A stretch of 64,000 nt of DNA from Opitutales bacterium. GTDB taxonomy: Bacteria > Verrucomicrobiota > Verrucomicrobiia > Opitutales > PNEW01. Positions 38,866 through 48,154 of the stretch are shown here, piece after piece (position 1 is the first letter of the stretch; each line of letters opens with the position of its first letter). A model generated the notes under the pieces. The model saw only the letters and a list, made by a program, of their open reading frames with translations, did not search any database and was not told where the DNA came from. The position numbers and the translations under genes were made by a program. The stretch is taken from positions 800,001-864,000 of the forward strand of contig CBDANS010000007.1 in NCBI GenBank assembly GCA_965197745.1, in the 5' to 3' direction.

Positions 38866-39396
38866 TTATCCTTTAATAATTGTCCTGTATTGCAGCTCGG
38901 GAACGAGTTTTTCAGTTGCTCGTCGAGCCGAGGTTTTGAAATGCTCAATCGTGGTGGCGGGCGGATTAAAATCAATGGTTAGATAACGCCCGACAAATAT
39001 TCCGAGCTTTTCTTTTCCACTTGGTGAATTAAGCGTAGCAGACATCCGTGTTTCAAATTCACCTAATCGGTTGATTCTCCACTCCAGGAGATTGATATTT
39101 AGAACAGTAACGCCTTCCGGAATATCGCTTCCAAAACGAATAAACTTTAGATTAACTGGATATTCTTCGTTTTCGATTACTGAGCTGATACTTTGACTGA
39201 GATGATTGAATCGGTCTTTTTCACCAATATCCGTCAGGTTGGCTTCAGCCGTATAGATCCCTGAATGATCAATTATGCGAACGTAAAGTGTATCGTACGC
39301 GGAGATTTCCACAATCTTCTCTTCTTTTGCATTCAGCGTTCCTATGAAAGCAATGAATAGTGAGACTAACACTGCTGTTGTCATTTTTAATTTCAT
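38866..39396 (-). CDS. Hypothetical exported protein
   Basis: Signal peptide MKLKMTTAVLVSLFIAFIGTLNA. Confidence 0.7.
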   Translation of the reverse strand: MKLKMTTAVLVSLFIAFIGTLNAKEEKIVEISAYDTLYVRIIDHSGIYTAEANLTDIGEKDRFNHLSQSISSVIENEEYPVNLKFIRFGSDIPEGVTVLNINLLEWRINRLGEFETRMSATLNSPSGKEKLGIFVGRYLTIDFNPPATTIEHFKTSARRATEKLVPELQYRTIIKG

Positions 39397-39557
39397 CGTA
39401 GTAACTTTTTTTTTTAATATTTCAGGCCCATTCATCATCATGCCTGTTATGTGATCGTCACATTTTTTTAAACAATTAGAGATAATAGGATGGTGATTTA
39501 TTCCCGTTCAGTCCGTCCGAATAAATACGTGACGATGCAATATTTCAAACTTTCTGG

Positions 39558-39672
39558 CGGCCACGATCAGCCGTCGCCCCGCAACAGCGAAGCTATGGCC
39601 GACAGGCATTGCCTGGCCCACCAGAATGAAAACAAATGGGAGGACCACGCGTTGTCGTGGCCGAAGACGAAG
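39558..39672. repeat. Inverted REP-like pair, one with a nested 40-nt CCTGTC insert (39567..39606)
   Basis: Shares the CAGAATGARAACAAATGGGAGG spacer with the pair at 16016. Confidence 0.8.
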
Positions 39673-39695
39673 CGAACGATGATTTTATTCTAACT

Positions 39696-40433
39696 CTAAC
39701 TCCATAGAAGCTTTGATTTTCGCCCATGTTTTTCTAAAAGCGATTCGGCTGCGTTTATAACTAGAGCGTTTATATCAATAGCTTCCATGATGTCAGAGAT
39801 CATATGTTTACCTGCGGCATGAACTTTATCCACAGCCTTGGCAAAAGCTTCTTTCGCTTTAGGATGATCAGGTTCTCCTGGAAGATCCAATGATTGGGCG
39901 ATATCTTCGGGGCCCCCTGTAAAATAATCTATACCGTCGACAGTAAGAATCTCATCCAGATTTTCAAATGCGGTGATACTCTCCAATTGCGGGACTAACA
40001 TTGTATTTTCGTTGGTGAAATTATAGACATACTTACGATCGGTTTTCGCCGCGTTAAAAATCATGCGAATACCGGTGGCGCTACGAGCTCCCTTGGGGCC
40101 GTAATATGTATATTCAACAAGGGCTTCAGCTTCCTCCCTGGTCTTTAAATTGGGAACTACGATCATTCTTATCCCCCGATCCAGATAGCTGAGGATCGTG
40201 CTCTCTTTCTGATCAGGAATACGCATGGCAGGCGTAATTCCAAAACCGTCAGCGACACGACACATATGCTCCACGGTTTCGGGAGGAACCGATGTGTGTT
40301 GACCTTCAAAGTAGACATAATCAAGCCCCGTGAGGGCGGCTAATTCAATAAGATCTTCTTCTCCCGACCTGACATTCAAGCCTAATGCTTTTTCACCTTT
40401 TCGCACCCTTTCAAGTATTTTGTTAGTCTTCAT
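39696..40433 (-). CDS. HpcH/HpaI aldolase family protein
   Basis: E.QH, LDRG..MIVVP, PQLES, GPED. Confidence 0.88.
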   Translation of the reverse strand: MKTNKILERVRKGEKALGLNVRSGEEDLIELAALTGLDYVYFEGQHTSVPPETVEHMCRVADGFGITPAMRIPDQKESTILSYLDRGIRMIVVPNLKTREEAEALVEYTYYGPKGARSATGIRMIFNAAKTDRKYVYNFTNENTMLVPQLESITAFENLDEILTVDGIDYFTGGPEDIAQSLDLPGEPDHPKAKEAFAKAVDKVHAAGKHMISDIMEAIDINALVINAAESLLEKHGRKSKLLWS

Positions 40434-40650
40434 AAATAACCTTTCATGTTTATCGTTCTTTTTCGATTAACTACGCCTCCTTATGATCGAAATATACATC
40501 AGGATATATATCAAGAGTCTATTGCGTATCAGGTAATTATTAAATTGAATTCGTGCCTGAAAAATGAGCCATGCGTGGTTATATTCTTTTGCTTTTTAAA
40601 TTATTGCTTAATAATCTGGGCCTGAATCTAAAAAACAAAAGATTGGATTT

Positions 40651-41787
40651 ATGAAAACTTATGATTTTCGTTCTGGATGCACTGATCCGGCCTCATTTCC
40701 CGCGGCGCAGATAGCAGAGTATGCGGCTGAGGCAATTAATGAGGTGGGCATTGATTTTGCGAGATATCCGGGAGATCTGGGTCATTTAGGCCTTCGAGAA
40801 GTGATGGCTGCGCGAGAATCCCAGCGGGAAGGCGTGGAGGTTTCACCCGACAATATTTCCTTAATGAATGGGTCGATGCAGCCCCTTGCTCTCGTCGCTG
40901 AAGCACTGATGGAAAAACGCGGCGATATAATAATAACAGAGGAGCTGACCTATTCGGGAACGATCAGCGTTTATAAAAGTCTGGGGGCTAAACTGGTCGG
41001 TATACCCATGGATGAACATGGCATGAAAATAGATGCGCTTGAAAAAACAATGAATGAACTCCACGAAAAGGGCACACCACCTCGTTTTATCTACAGCTTG
41101 CCCACTTACCAAAATCCGACGGGAACCCTAATGCCTGAATCCCGTCGCTTGGAACTCATAGAAGTGGCACTTAAATATAATACCGTATTAGTGGATGATA
41201 ATTGCTATGGAGATGTTCATTTTGAAGGTAAAAAAGAGCCCTCGCTATATGCTTTGAATGATAGCCCCAATATAATTTATTTATGTTCGCTCTCGAAAAT
41301 TTTGGGGCCGGGTCTTCGCTTGGGATATCTTATTGCTCACCAGCCCATGCTCAGCCGCATCCTGGATCGTCGTTTTGATGGGGGGAACAGTCTTTTAGCT
41401 GCGTCCGTATGTGCCGCCTACTTAAAAGATAATATTTGGGATTATGTCGCTAAAGCAAACACGCTGCTGAAAGAAAAAAGGGATGCGGTTTATGCCGGAT
41501 TGGAAGCGAGCGTGAGTGATATTTGCACCTGGTCCCATCCGATCGGGGGCATTTTTATCTGGGTGCAATTTCCCGACGATGTGGATAGAGCTAAGCTTGC
41601 TGCTCTCCTTGAGAAAGAGGGAATCCTTTATGGACCCGGATCAGCCTACCATGTAGAGGGAAAAGATATACCTTATCTCCGCCTGGCTTTCGGCTATTGC
41701 AGTTTGGAGGAGATTAATAAATGTATTCCTCTTGTTGGTCAGGCAATTCATGCATCGAGGAAATCAATTGCCCAAGCTGCAGTATAA
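40651..41787 (+). CDS. PLP-dependent aminotransferase class I/II (LysN-like)
   Basis: YQNPTG, DNCY, SLSKILGPGLRLG, LRLAF. Confidence 0.9.
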   Translation: MKTYDFRSGCTDPASFPAAQIAEYAAEAINEVGIDFARYPGDLGHLGLREVMAARESQREGVEVSPDNISLMNGSMQPLALVAEALMEKRGDIIITEELTYSGTISVYKSLGAKLVGIPMDEHGMKIDALEKTMNELHEKGTPPRFIYSLPTYQNPTGTLMPESRRLELIEVALKYNTVLVDDNCYGDVHFEGKKEPSLYALNDSPNIIYLCSLSKILGPGLRLGYLIAHQPMLSRILDRRFDGGNSLLAASVCAAYLKDNIWDYVAKANTLLKEKRDAVYAGLEASVSDICTWSHPIGGIFIWVQFPDDVDRAKLAALLEKEGILYGPGSAYHVEGKDIPYLRLAFGYCSLEEINKCIPLVGQAIHASRKSIAQAAV

Positions 41788-41871
41788 ACATAGACCTCCA
41801 TATAATTCCCTGTTTAAGTGAAAATAGTTAACCCCTAAATCCTAACGCTGAAAATCTATTGGATTTTCAAT

Positions 41872-42489
41872 TTACTTCACCAGAACAGTGTAAGAAAGCA
41901 CACCGTCTGAAGGGGAATCAAACTTAACATCCGTGTAACTGTCTTTTCGCAAGATTAATTTTTGAGTTCCACTGGGTTGGAGATCAAGGCTGCCCTCTAT
42001 TCGAAAGGAGCATGATACCTGGATGCGTAATGGTCCATTAGTTTCATTTTTTATACGCGCCCAAACACGAATATGATTATCATTCAGGGGATGGGCTTCA
42101 ACACGGGGAAGTGTGACAGAAGCATTATAGGCCTTTGACATGACCTTCATGTCCGGGATCAGGACGATACCATTCCAATCGGGTTCAGGCAGAGAGACTT
42201 CAATCTCGGGTTTAGGTGTGCTTGCTCGATTCGAAGCGTTCGCATCAACTGGCACTGCAGGAAAAAGAGTAGGGGGTGCAGCTTCTTCTGTCAGATAAAC
42301 AATGGAGTTTTCAAAGTAGGTCTGGGTCTCTACAGCGTGAGGGAGAACTTTTGGATTATCGGTTGATTCAACCAGGGTTAAAGCCGCTTTAGGCAGCTCA
42401 TCTTTCCCCGCAGCGAAGAATTTGAGGTAAATAAAAAAACCGCCAACTCCGAGAACCATGATCAAAATAATAATGAATAGCTTTTTCAT
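41872..42489 (-). CDS. Hypothetical membrane-anchored protein (possible YcfL-like C-terminal domain)
   Basis: N-terminal TM, Pro-rich linker, beta-rich C-terminus. Confidence 0.6.
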   Translation of the reverse strand: MKKLFIIILIMVLGVGGFFIYLKFFAAGKDELPKAALTLVESTDNPKVLPHAVETQTYFENSIVYLTEEAAPPTLFPAVPVDANASNRASTPKPEIEVSLPEPDWNGIVLIPDMKVMSKAYNASVTLPRVEAHPLNDNHIRVWARIKNETNGPLRIQVSCSFRIEGSLDLQPSGTQKLILRKDSYTDVKFDSPSDGVLSYTVLVK

Positions 42490-42739
42490 ATCTTTAATTG
42501 TTAGAACAGTTTCATCACATAATATAATTTATAAAAATTTAGTCAACGCATCTCATTGTGACTTCATAAATAACTTGTAGTATGTTGAAAAACAACATTT
42601 TATAAATATCAGAAAAAGGTGATGATGACCTTGCTTAAAGTAGGTTATATTAATAGTGCAGGGTGGACGCAGTGGTCGTGACCACGAAAACTGGTCCACT
42701 TGAAAAGTTAGTCTGGTCCAACTAGAAAGGACACAGACA

Positions 42740-43006
42740 ATGAAAGGCAAAAGATACACGACCGAAGAGAAAATACGGATGCTGCGCCAGGCGGACAAAG
42801 GGAAAACGATCCTGGAAGCATGCCGCGAGAACAACATAAGCGAACAGACCTTCCACCGCTGGAAACGTGAGTTTGGGATGATTGATGTCAACCAGGCCAA
42901 GCGGATGAAGGAGCTCGAGAAGGAGAACGCGCGGTTAAAACGGATGCTGGCGGACAAGATGCTGGGGATAGAGATCCTGCAGGAGACCCTCGAAAAAAAA
43001 CTGTAA
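42740..43006 (+). CDS. IS3 transposase OrfA
   Basis: MKGKRYTTEE...SEQTFHRW...ENARLKRMLAD; A8 slippery site. Confidence 0.93.
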   Translation: MKGKRYTTEEKIRMLRQADKGKTILEACRENNISEQTFHRWKREFGMIDVNQAKRMKELEKENARLKRMLADKMLGIEILQETLEKKL

Positions 43007-43981
43007 GCCCTGGGCACAAGCGGCAAGTGGCAGAGAGACTTGTGACTCGGGGCCAGTGTTCGATGCGAGCGGGGTGCCGGTACTTTCGGCTGCACCGTTC
43101 CACCTATGCGTATAGGGCCAAGCATCCGGATGCCTGGCTAACGAAACTAAAAGCGGCAGTAAGGCGGTTATCACGGCAATACGCGAGGTGGGGCTATCCC
43201 AAGATCACGAAGCTGTTGAAGGACGAAGGCTGGCAGGTGGGTAAACGTCTCGTGCAAGGTCTGCGACGTGAACTGGGTCTGGCGATCCCCCCACGCAAGC
43301 CAAGACGCCGGCGCAGGGGTGTCTGCACCGGGCTACCGACAAAGGCCGAACATCCCGACCATGTTTGGACCTGGGATTTTATCCACGATAAGACGGTTCG
43401 CGGCGGCAGTCTAAAAATGCTGACCGTGCTCGATGAGTACACCCGCGAGTGCCGGGTGATCCATGTTGATCGCCATATCAATGCGGAAACGGTGCGCGGT
43501 ATCATGCAAAAACTGCTCGACCGGCATGGGCCGCCAAAATATATTCGTAGCGACAACGGTTCCGTTCCGAGGAGCGAAGCGACGACATGCAAAGCCATTC
43601 ATTGAAAGCCAATTGAGAGCCTGGCTAACTGCGATGAAAATCAAAACCCTCTATATCGAACCAGCAAGCCCTTGGCAGAACGGATACATTGAATCGTTCC
43701 ATGCCCGTTTTCGCGAGGAGTGTTTAAACCGTGAACAGTTATGGACTTTGACCGAAGCCCGCGTGGTCATCGAAGATTGGCGCTGGCTTTACAATCATGT
43801 CCGACCCCACCGCAGCCTCGGCAACATCACTCCACGGCACTTCACTGAAAACCTCAATACCGAAGGCTCGGGCTCCATTCGGGCTACGCCCTCATTGCGC
43901 CCAAGCCTTGACTTCCTCTACCAACTTAACTTCAACATTAACCTCTCCAGACTAACTCTCCCGGTGGACCAGTTTGTGTAA
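43003..43981 (+). pseudogene. IS3 OrfB frameshifted only by a 32-nt micro-insertion
   Basis: WTWDF, VLDEYTREC, SDNGS[insert]FIE, PWQNGYIESF; no other lesion seen. Confidence 0.85.
43565..43596 (+). mobile_element. 32-nt TWCCGAR micro-insertion in the DNGS-E-F codon of IS copy 3
   Basis: TCC G[TTCCGAGGAGCGAAGCGACGACATGCAAAGCC]A TTC; 31/32 identical to the insert in copies 1 and 2. Confidence 0.85.
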
Positions 43982-44085
43982 CCCGACCAGCAGAGACAGT
44001 GACGTCGAGCCAAGGGGGCTGGATCTTGACAATAACTATCGGCCTCTATTTTGTGCCGCTGTGCGAAAGTTTGATTATTAACGCC

Positions 44086-45414
44086 ATGAATAGTGAAGAA
44101 TTGAAACAGGTTGTGTGCGCGGCCATAGACCAGCGCAGCGAGCGTATCGTCGAGACGGGTGAAGCGATTATGGACGAACCCGAGTTGGGGTTTAAGGAGA
44201 GGGCTACCGCTGATAAAGTAAAAGCCACATTCGATGAATTGAATCTGGAATATGAAGACAGGCTCGCGTTGACTGGTGTGAAAGCCAGGTTGAAGGGTGG
44301 GCGACCGGGACCGACGCTGGCGCTTATGGGTGAGCTGGATGCCTTGCTCGTGCCCGATCATCCACGAGCTAACAAAGAGACTGGGGCGGCGCACGCCTGT
44401 GGGCACAATGCCCAAATTGCGGGATTGCTCGGAGCGGCCCGGGGATTAGTTGATTCCGGTGCGGCCAAAGAGCTGGCGGGGGACATAGTTTTTTTTGCGG
44501 TACCGGCTGAAGAATATGTGGAGATCGAATACCGTTTGGGTTTGGTAAGAGAGGGACGCACCACTTTTCTCTCGGGAAAGCCAGAGTTGGTTCAACTCGG
44601 TCATTTTGATGATGTGGATATGGCGATTATGATTCACAGCATCAGCGCGGGGCCCGCCGATGGGGCCATGGGAGTTACAAGCTCGTTTAATGGATTCATC
44701 GCAAAATGTATTCGATTCACGGGACAAGCAGCCCATGCCGGGTGTGAACCCGAGAGTGGTATCAATGCTTTGAATGCCGCTCAACTGGCAATTAGTGCGA
44801 TAAACGCTCAGCGTGAAACCTTTCGCGACCAGGATTGCGTGCGTGTGCATCCGATAATCACTAAAGGTGGCGATCTGGTGAATATCGTACCTGCTGAAGT
44901 GCGTATGGAGACCTATGTTCGCGCTCGAACCCATGAAGCAATTCTCGATGCCACGCTCAAAGTTGATCGCGCCCTCAAAGGTGCTGCTTTAGCCATCGGC
45001 TGCCAGGTGGAGATCGAGACGGTGCCCGGCTATCTGCCATTGCGAAATGATCCGGATCTGGCCCGTCTCTTCCGGGAAAACGCGAGCCGCTTTTTTGGCA
45101 AGAATAAATACAGGGACTACCCGCACAACGGGGGTTCGACAGATGCAGGTGATCTGAGTCATATTATGCCGGTACTGCATCCCATGATGTCAGGAGCAGC
45201 GGGAACGGTACACAGCCCAGATTGGCATATCGCCGATCCCGTTGCCGGTTATCTGACTCCAGCCAAAACACTCGCGGTGATGGCTGTCGATCTATTGCAT
45301 GGTGATGAAAACAGAGCGAAGGGCATTGTCGACCGACATAAGCCGGCTTTGACAAAGAATGAGTATTTAAAACAGCAGCGAGCGTTGTTCAGCACCGATG
45401 TTTTCTCCGGATAG
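44086..45414 (+). CDS. M20 family amidohydrolase
   Basis: PELGFKE, GELDAL, HACGH, PAEE, GSTD. Confidence 0.9.
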   Translation: MNSEELKQVVCAAIDQRSERIVETGEAIMDEPELGFKERATADKVKATFDELNLEYEDRLALTGVKARLKGGRPGPTLALMGELDALLVPDHPRANKETGAAHACGHNAQIAGLLGAARGLVDSGAAKELAGDIVFFAVPAEEYVEIEYRLGLVREGRTTFLSGKPELVQLGHFDDVDMAIMIHSISAGPADGAMGVTSSFNGFIAKCIRFTGQAAHAGCEPESGINALNAAQLAISAINAQRETFRDQDCVRVHPIITKGGDLVNIVPAEVRMETYVRARTHEAILDATLKVDRALKGAALAIGCQVEIETVPGYLPLRNDPDLARLFRENASRFFGKNKYRDYPHNGGSTDAGDLSHIMPVLHPMMSGAAGTVHSPDWHIADPVAGYLTPAKTLAVMAVDLLHGDENRAKGIVDRHKPALTKNEYLKQQRALFSTDVFSG

Positions 45415-45431
45415 AAAGTTGAGAGAAACCT

Positions 45432-46145
45432 TTACCATTGGTAATTATCGGTATTCCCATCGCGACCCATAAACTGACTGGTATTGTCGATTGTTAACCG
45501 GTGGGCCGTGTTTGCAATACAAAGCGCGGATTCTTCAGTTGAGATCTCAGCGTCAGCACCACCCATGTCGGTTCTTACCCAACCCGGGCTAAGGGCGATA
45601 ACAGTTATTCCCTCTGGTTTAAGTTCAGCAGCTAAGGCGCGAGTAAACATATTTAAGGCTGCTTTTGAAGTACTATAACTGTAAATTTTAAAGTTAGATT
45701 TTGCGGATATTGAACCCGCGCCGGAAGATACGTTGATAATACGCGGTTGATCACTTTTTCTAATGAGCGGGAGAAAAACCCGAGTGACGCGAGCGGTACC
45801 AACAAGGTTAACTTCGAAGGCATCCTGAAAATGGTTGAGATCCATTTCCTCGAATTTTTCATCTTTGGAATCGGGATTCACCCCGGCGTTATTGATAAGG
45901 ATATCAAGACTGGAGAATGATTGAGGGATATTATCATAAGCATGGTTGACGGACTCTTCATCTGTAATTTCCAGGGGCAGGAGAGTAAGAACCGGTTCCT
46001 TTATGGTTTGGCTCAGGGCTTTTAATTCATCTGCTTTCTCAAGCTGACGTGACGTTGCGATTACGTTGTCACCCCTTTTGAGAAATTCACTGACCAAGGC
46101 CAGCCCAATGCCGCGATTCGCCCCCGTAATAAGTACATTCGCCAT
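45432..46145 (-). CDS. SDR oxidoreductase (C-factor/CsgA-like)
   Basis: TGANRGIG, NNAG, YSTSKAALNM, PGWVRTDMGG. Confidence 0.92.
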   Translation of the reverse strand: MANVLITGANRGIGLALVSEFLKRGDNVIATSRQLEKADELKALSQTIKEPVLTLLPLEITDEESVNHAYDNIPQSFSSLDILINNAGVNPDSKDEKFEEMDLNHFQDAFEVNLVGTARVTRVFLPLIRKSDQPRIINVSSGAGSISAKSNFKIYSYSTSKAALNMFTRALAAELKPEGITVIALSPGWVRTDMGGADAEISTEESALCIANTAHRLTIDNTSQFMGRDGNTDNYQW

Positions 46146-46308
46146 GGTTATTAAATCAAAAAATTGCTGACGCAGTGTTAAGTTTTATGTGTTAAGTGTT
46201 AGGTTTGAGTAATATCACTGAAACAATTATGATCAATAAAAGTCTACATATTCTGATCTAATCGTCTTATTTAAAACCTAAACCTGAATAGTCGAATGAC
46301 TTTCACAA

Positions 46309-47154
46309 CTATTCCACAATATCTTTATAATAATAATCCCAGGGGTGATAGTAAGGTGTTTTTAAAAGACGCGTTTTAATTTCATCATCCTCCGTTCTGG
46401 CCCTTAATTCCTTAGAAGCTTCGCAACCCGGCCAACTCAACATATAAGACGGGCCGTATTGGTAAGAGAGCCAGCACTGGCGTTTTTGTATAACTAATTT
46501 CATCGTGTGCGATAAGTTCTCACTGAAGATCACAGCGTCTCCAGCTTGTAGAGAGACATCTTTTAAAACAGTAATTTCTTCGAGGGGAGTGTCACTATAC
46601 GGATGAGGAAAATTACTTTTATGACTGACTGGAATCACGCAGAATGATCCATCACCTTGAGACTGATTATCAAGCGCGATAAGACAGGTTGTCATCAGAC
46701 AGCGAAATTCACCTTCAACAAAGCAGCGATACCTGGTATAGCGCCTTGGATCCGCTTTTCCTCCCTGGGTCAATTTCCCTACGCTGCCGGGCTCTCTGAG
46801 AATCCCCCGCGAGGCAACAAGCCTTACCTGGTTACCCCAGATAATTTCTTCCATTGCATTGAGCAGTCGAGGTAAAGTAATTGCATCTTCAATAATACCT
46901 CCACTTTCGACAATGTTCAAAAGCTCCGTTTCTGAATTGCTATTGTCGCTGGTTACCTTGGGGGGTGGGTTCTCCATTGCGTCTTCCAGAAGCTTATGCG
47001 CTTCTTTTACATGGTCGGCACTTAAAAATTTTTCAATTACGAGGTAACCTCTTGTATCAAAAAAATGCCTCTCTGCATCAGAGAGATGGCGCTGGCCAGT
47101 CCCCGTCTGTAATTGATTTTTTCTTTCTTTTTTATGCTTAACTTTAAGTTCCAT
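46309..47154 (-). CDS. PhyH family dioxygenase-like protein
   Basis: FFD.RGY, G.F.VIP.SHK, AGDAVIFSE.L.H. Confidence 0.82.
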   Translation of the reverse strand: MELKVKHKKERKNQLQTGTGQRHLSDAERHFFDTRGYLVIEKFLSADHVKEAHKLLEDAMENPPPKVTSDNSNSETELLNIVESGGIIEDAITLPRLLNAMEEIIWGNQVRLVASRGILREPGSVGKLTQGGKADPRRYTRYRCFVEGEFRCLMTTCLIALDNQSQGDGSFCVIPVSHKSNFPHPYSDTPLEEITVLKDVSLQAGDAVIFSENLSHTMKLVIQKRQCWLSYQYGPSYMLSWPGCEASKELRARTEDDEIKTRLLKTPYYHPWDYYYKDIVE

Positions 47155-47189
47155 ACTATATAATCAGGTTAAGTTGTGCCTGTCTTTAG

Positions 47190-48005
47190 TTATGTCCCGG
47201 CAATGGCAAATGGCGAGGGTCCATTGATCAACTCCAATTGTCTGGAGGTAGCTCTACTTTCGAAGCCATCCGCGGTATCGATAAGTTGCCCCCAAGGGGA
47301 TTGAAATGCCGGGGCATAAGAGATAAATAATGTCCGACGCGTTTTATCAGTTTTGTTTACCATTGCACCGTGTGTAAGGTCTTCAGAGAAAATCACCGCA
47401 TCTCCGGCTTTGCAGGGACATGCTTCAATTAAGGGGTGATTTTCATCGGGAGTCGATCCGGCAAAAGGATTGTCAAAATTACTTTTGTGACTTCCTGGTA
47501 TAACGGCGAAAGAACCATCCTCAATAGAAACGTCTCTTAGAGCGTAGGCGATTTTCACACTGACACATTTAAACTGTCCATCATCAATAGCATATTCACT
47601 GTAAGATAAAAGCTCAGCGTAGCCATGGTGTAAATTGGAACAACGCCCGCGATTGCGTGCCATAAACATAAATCCATCGAGACGCAGGGGTTCACTAATC
47701 ATCGCATCAATGTAGGGGAGCGTCCGGGGGCAGTCGATTATCTCCTCAAAAGGCCCTCCTAATCTTAATATATTACAGTCGTAGTCACGTCGTCGATTCG
47801 GATCGAATTCTTCCTCCCATCCGCTTTTGGGGTCATCGTGAAACTTTCGCAATATACCGAGTGCGTCTGTATTCTCGTCATTGAGAGATTCCAGTTTGTC
47901 AATTTCATCATTTAATCGTTGCACCAAGTCTGTCGGTATTGCCTCGGGTATGAAAAGAAAACCCTGAAGGTCAAATAAGTATCTTTCTTCTGGTGTCATA
48001 ATCAA
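47190..48005 (-). CDS. PhyH family dioxygenase
   Basis: YLFDLQGF, LHHG, VIPGSHK, AGDAVIFSE.LTHG, RR. Confidence 0.85.
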   Translation of the reverse strand: MIMTPEERYLFDLQGFLFIPEAIPTDLVQRLNDEIDKLESLNDENTDALGILRKFHDDPKSGWEEEFDPNRRRDYDCNILRLGGPFEEIIDCPRTLPYIDAMISEPLRLDGFMFMARNRGRCSNLHHGYAELLSYSEYAIDDGQFKCVSVKIAYALRDVSIEDGSFAVIPGSHKSNFDNPFAGSTPDENHPLIEACPCKAGDAVIFSEDLTHGAMVNKTDKTRRTLFISYAPAFQSPWGQLIDTADGFESRATSRQLELINGPSPFAIAGT

Positions 48006-48154
48006 TCACTCCTTAATAGATCTACGTACGCTTTGTTCTACCGTTACATTACATTACAATTATTATAGCCAATAAGGTGAAAGTAAAGATTATCTGCTTT
48101 ATTCAGACGGTTTTACTCAATCGTAGAATAAATAGAACTACTGCTTAATCTGCT

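Larger units (their letters stand above)
42673..43989 (+). mobile_element. IS3-family insertion sequence, copy 3 (different lineage) with a perfect 4-bp target duplication GCAG
   Basis: IRs TGGTCGTGACCACGAAAACTGGTCCA / TGGTCGGGTTACACAAACTGGTCCA; GCAG at 42669..42672 and 43990..43993. Confidence 0.95.

Noticed and set aside
42553..43644. Antisense ORFs over IS copy 3 and other shadow ORFs across the window
   Set aside because: They overlap well-supported genes on the opposite strand or in another frame and show no recognisable motifs.
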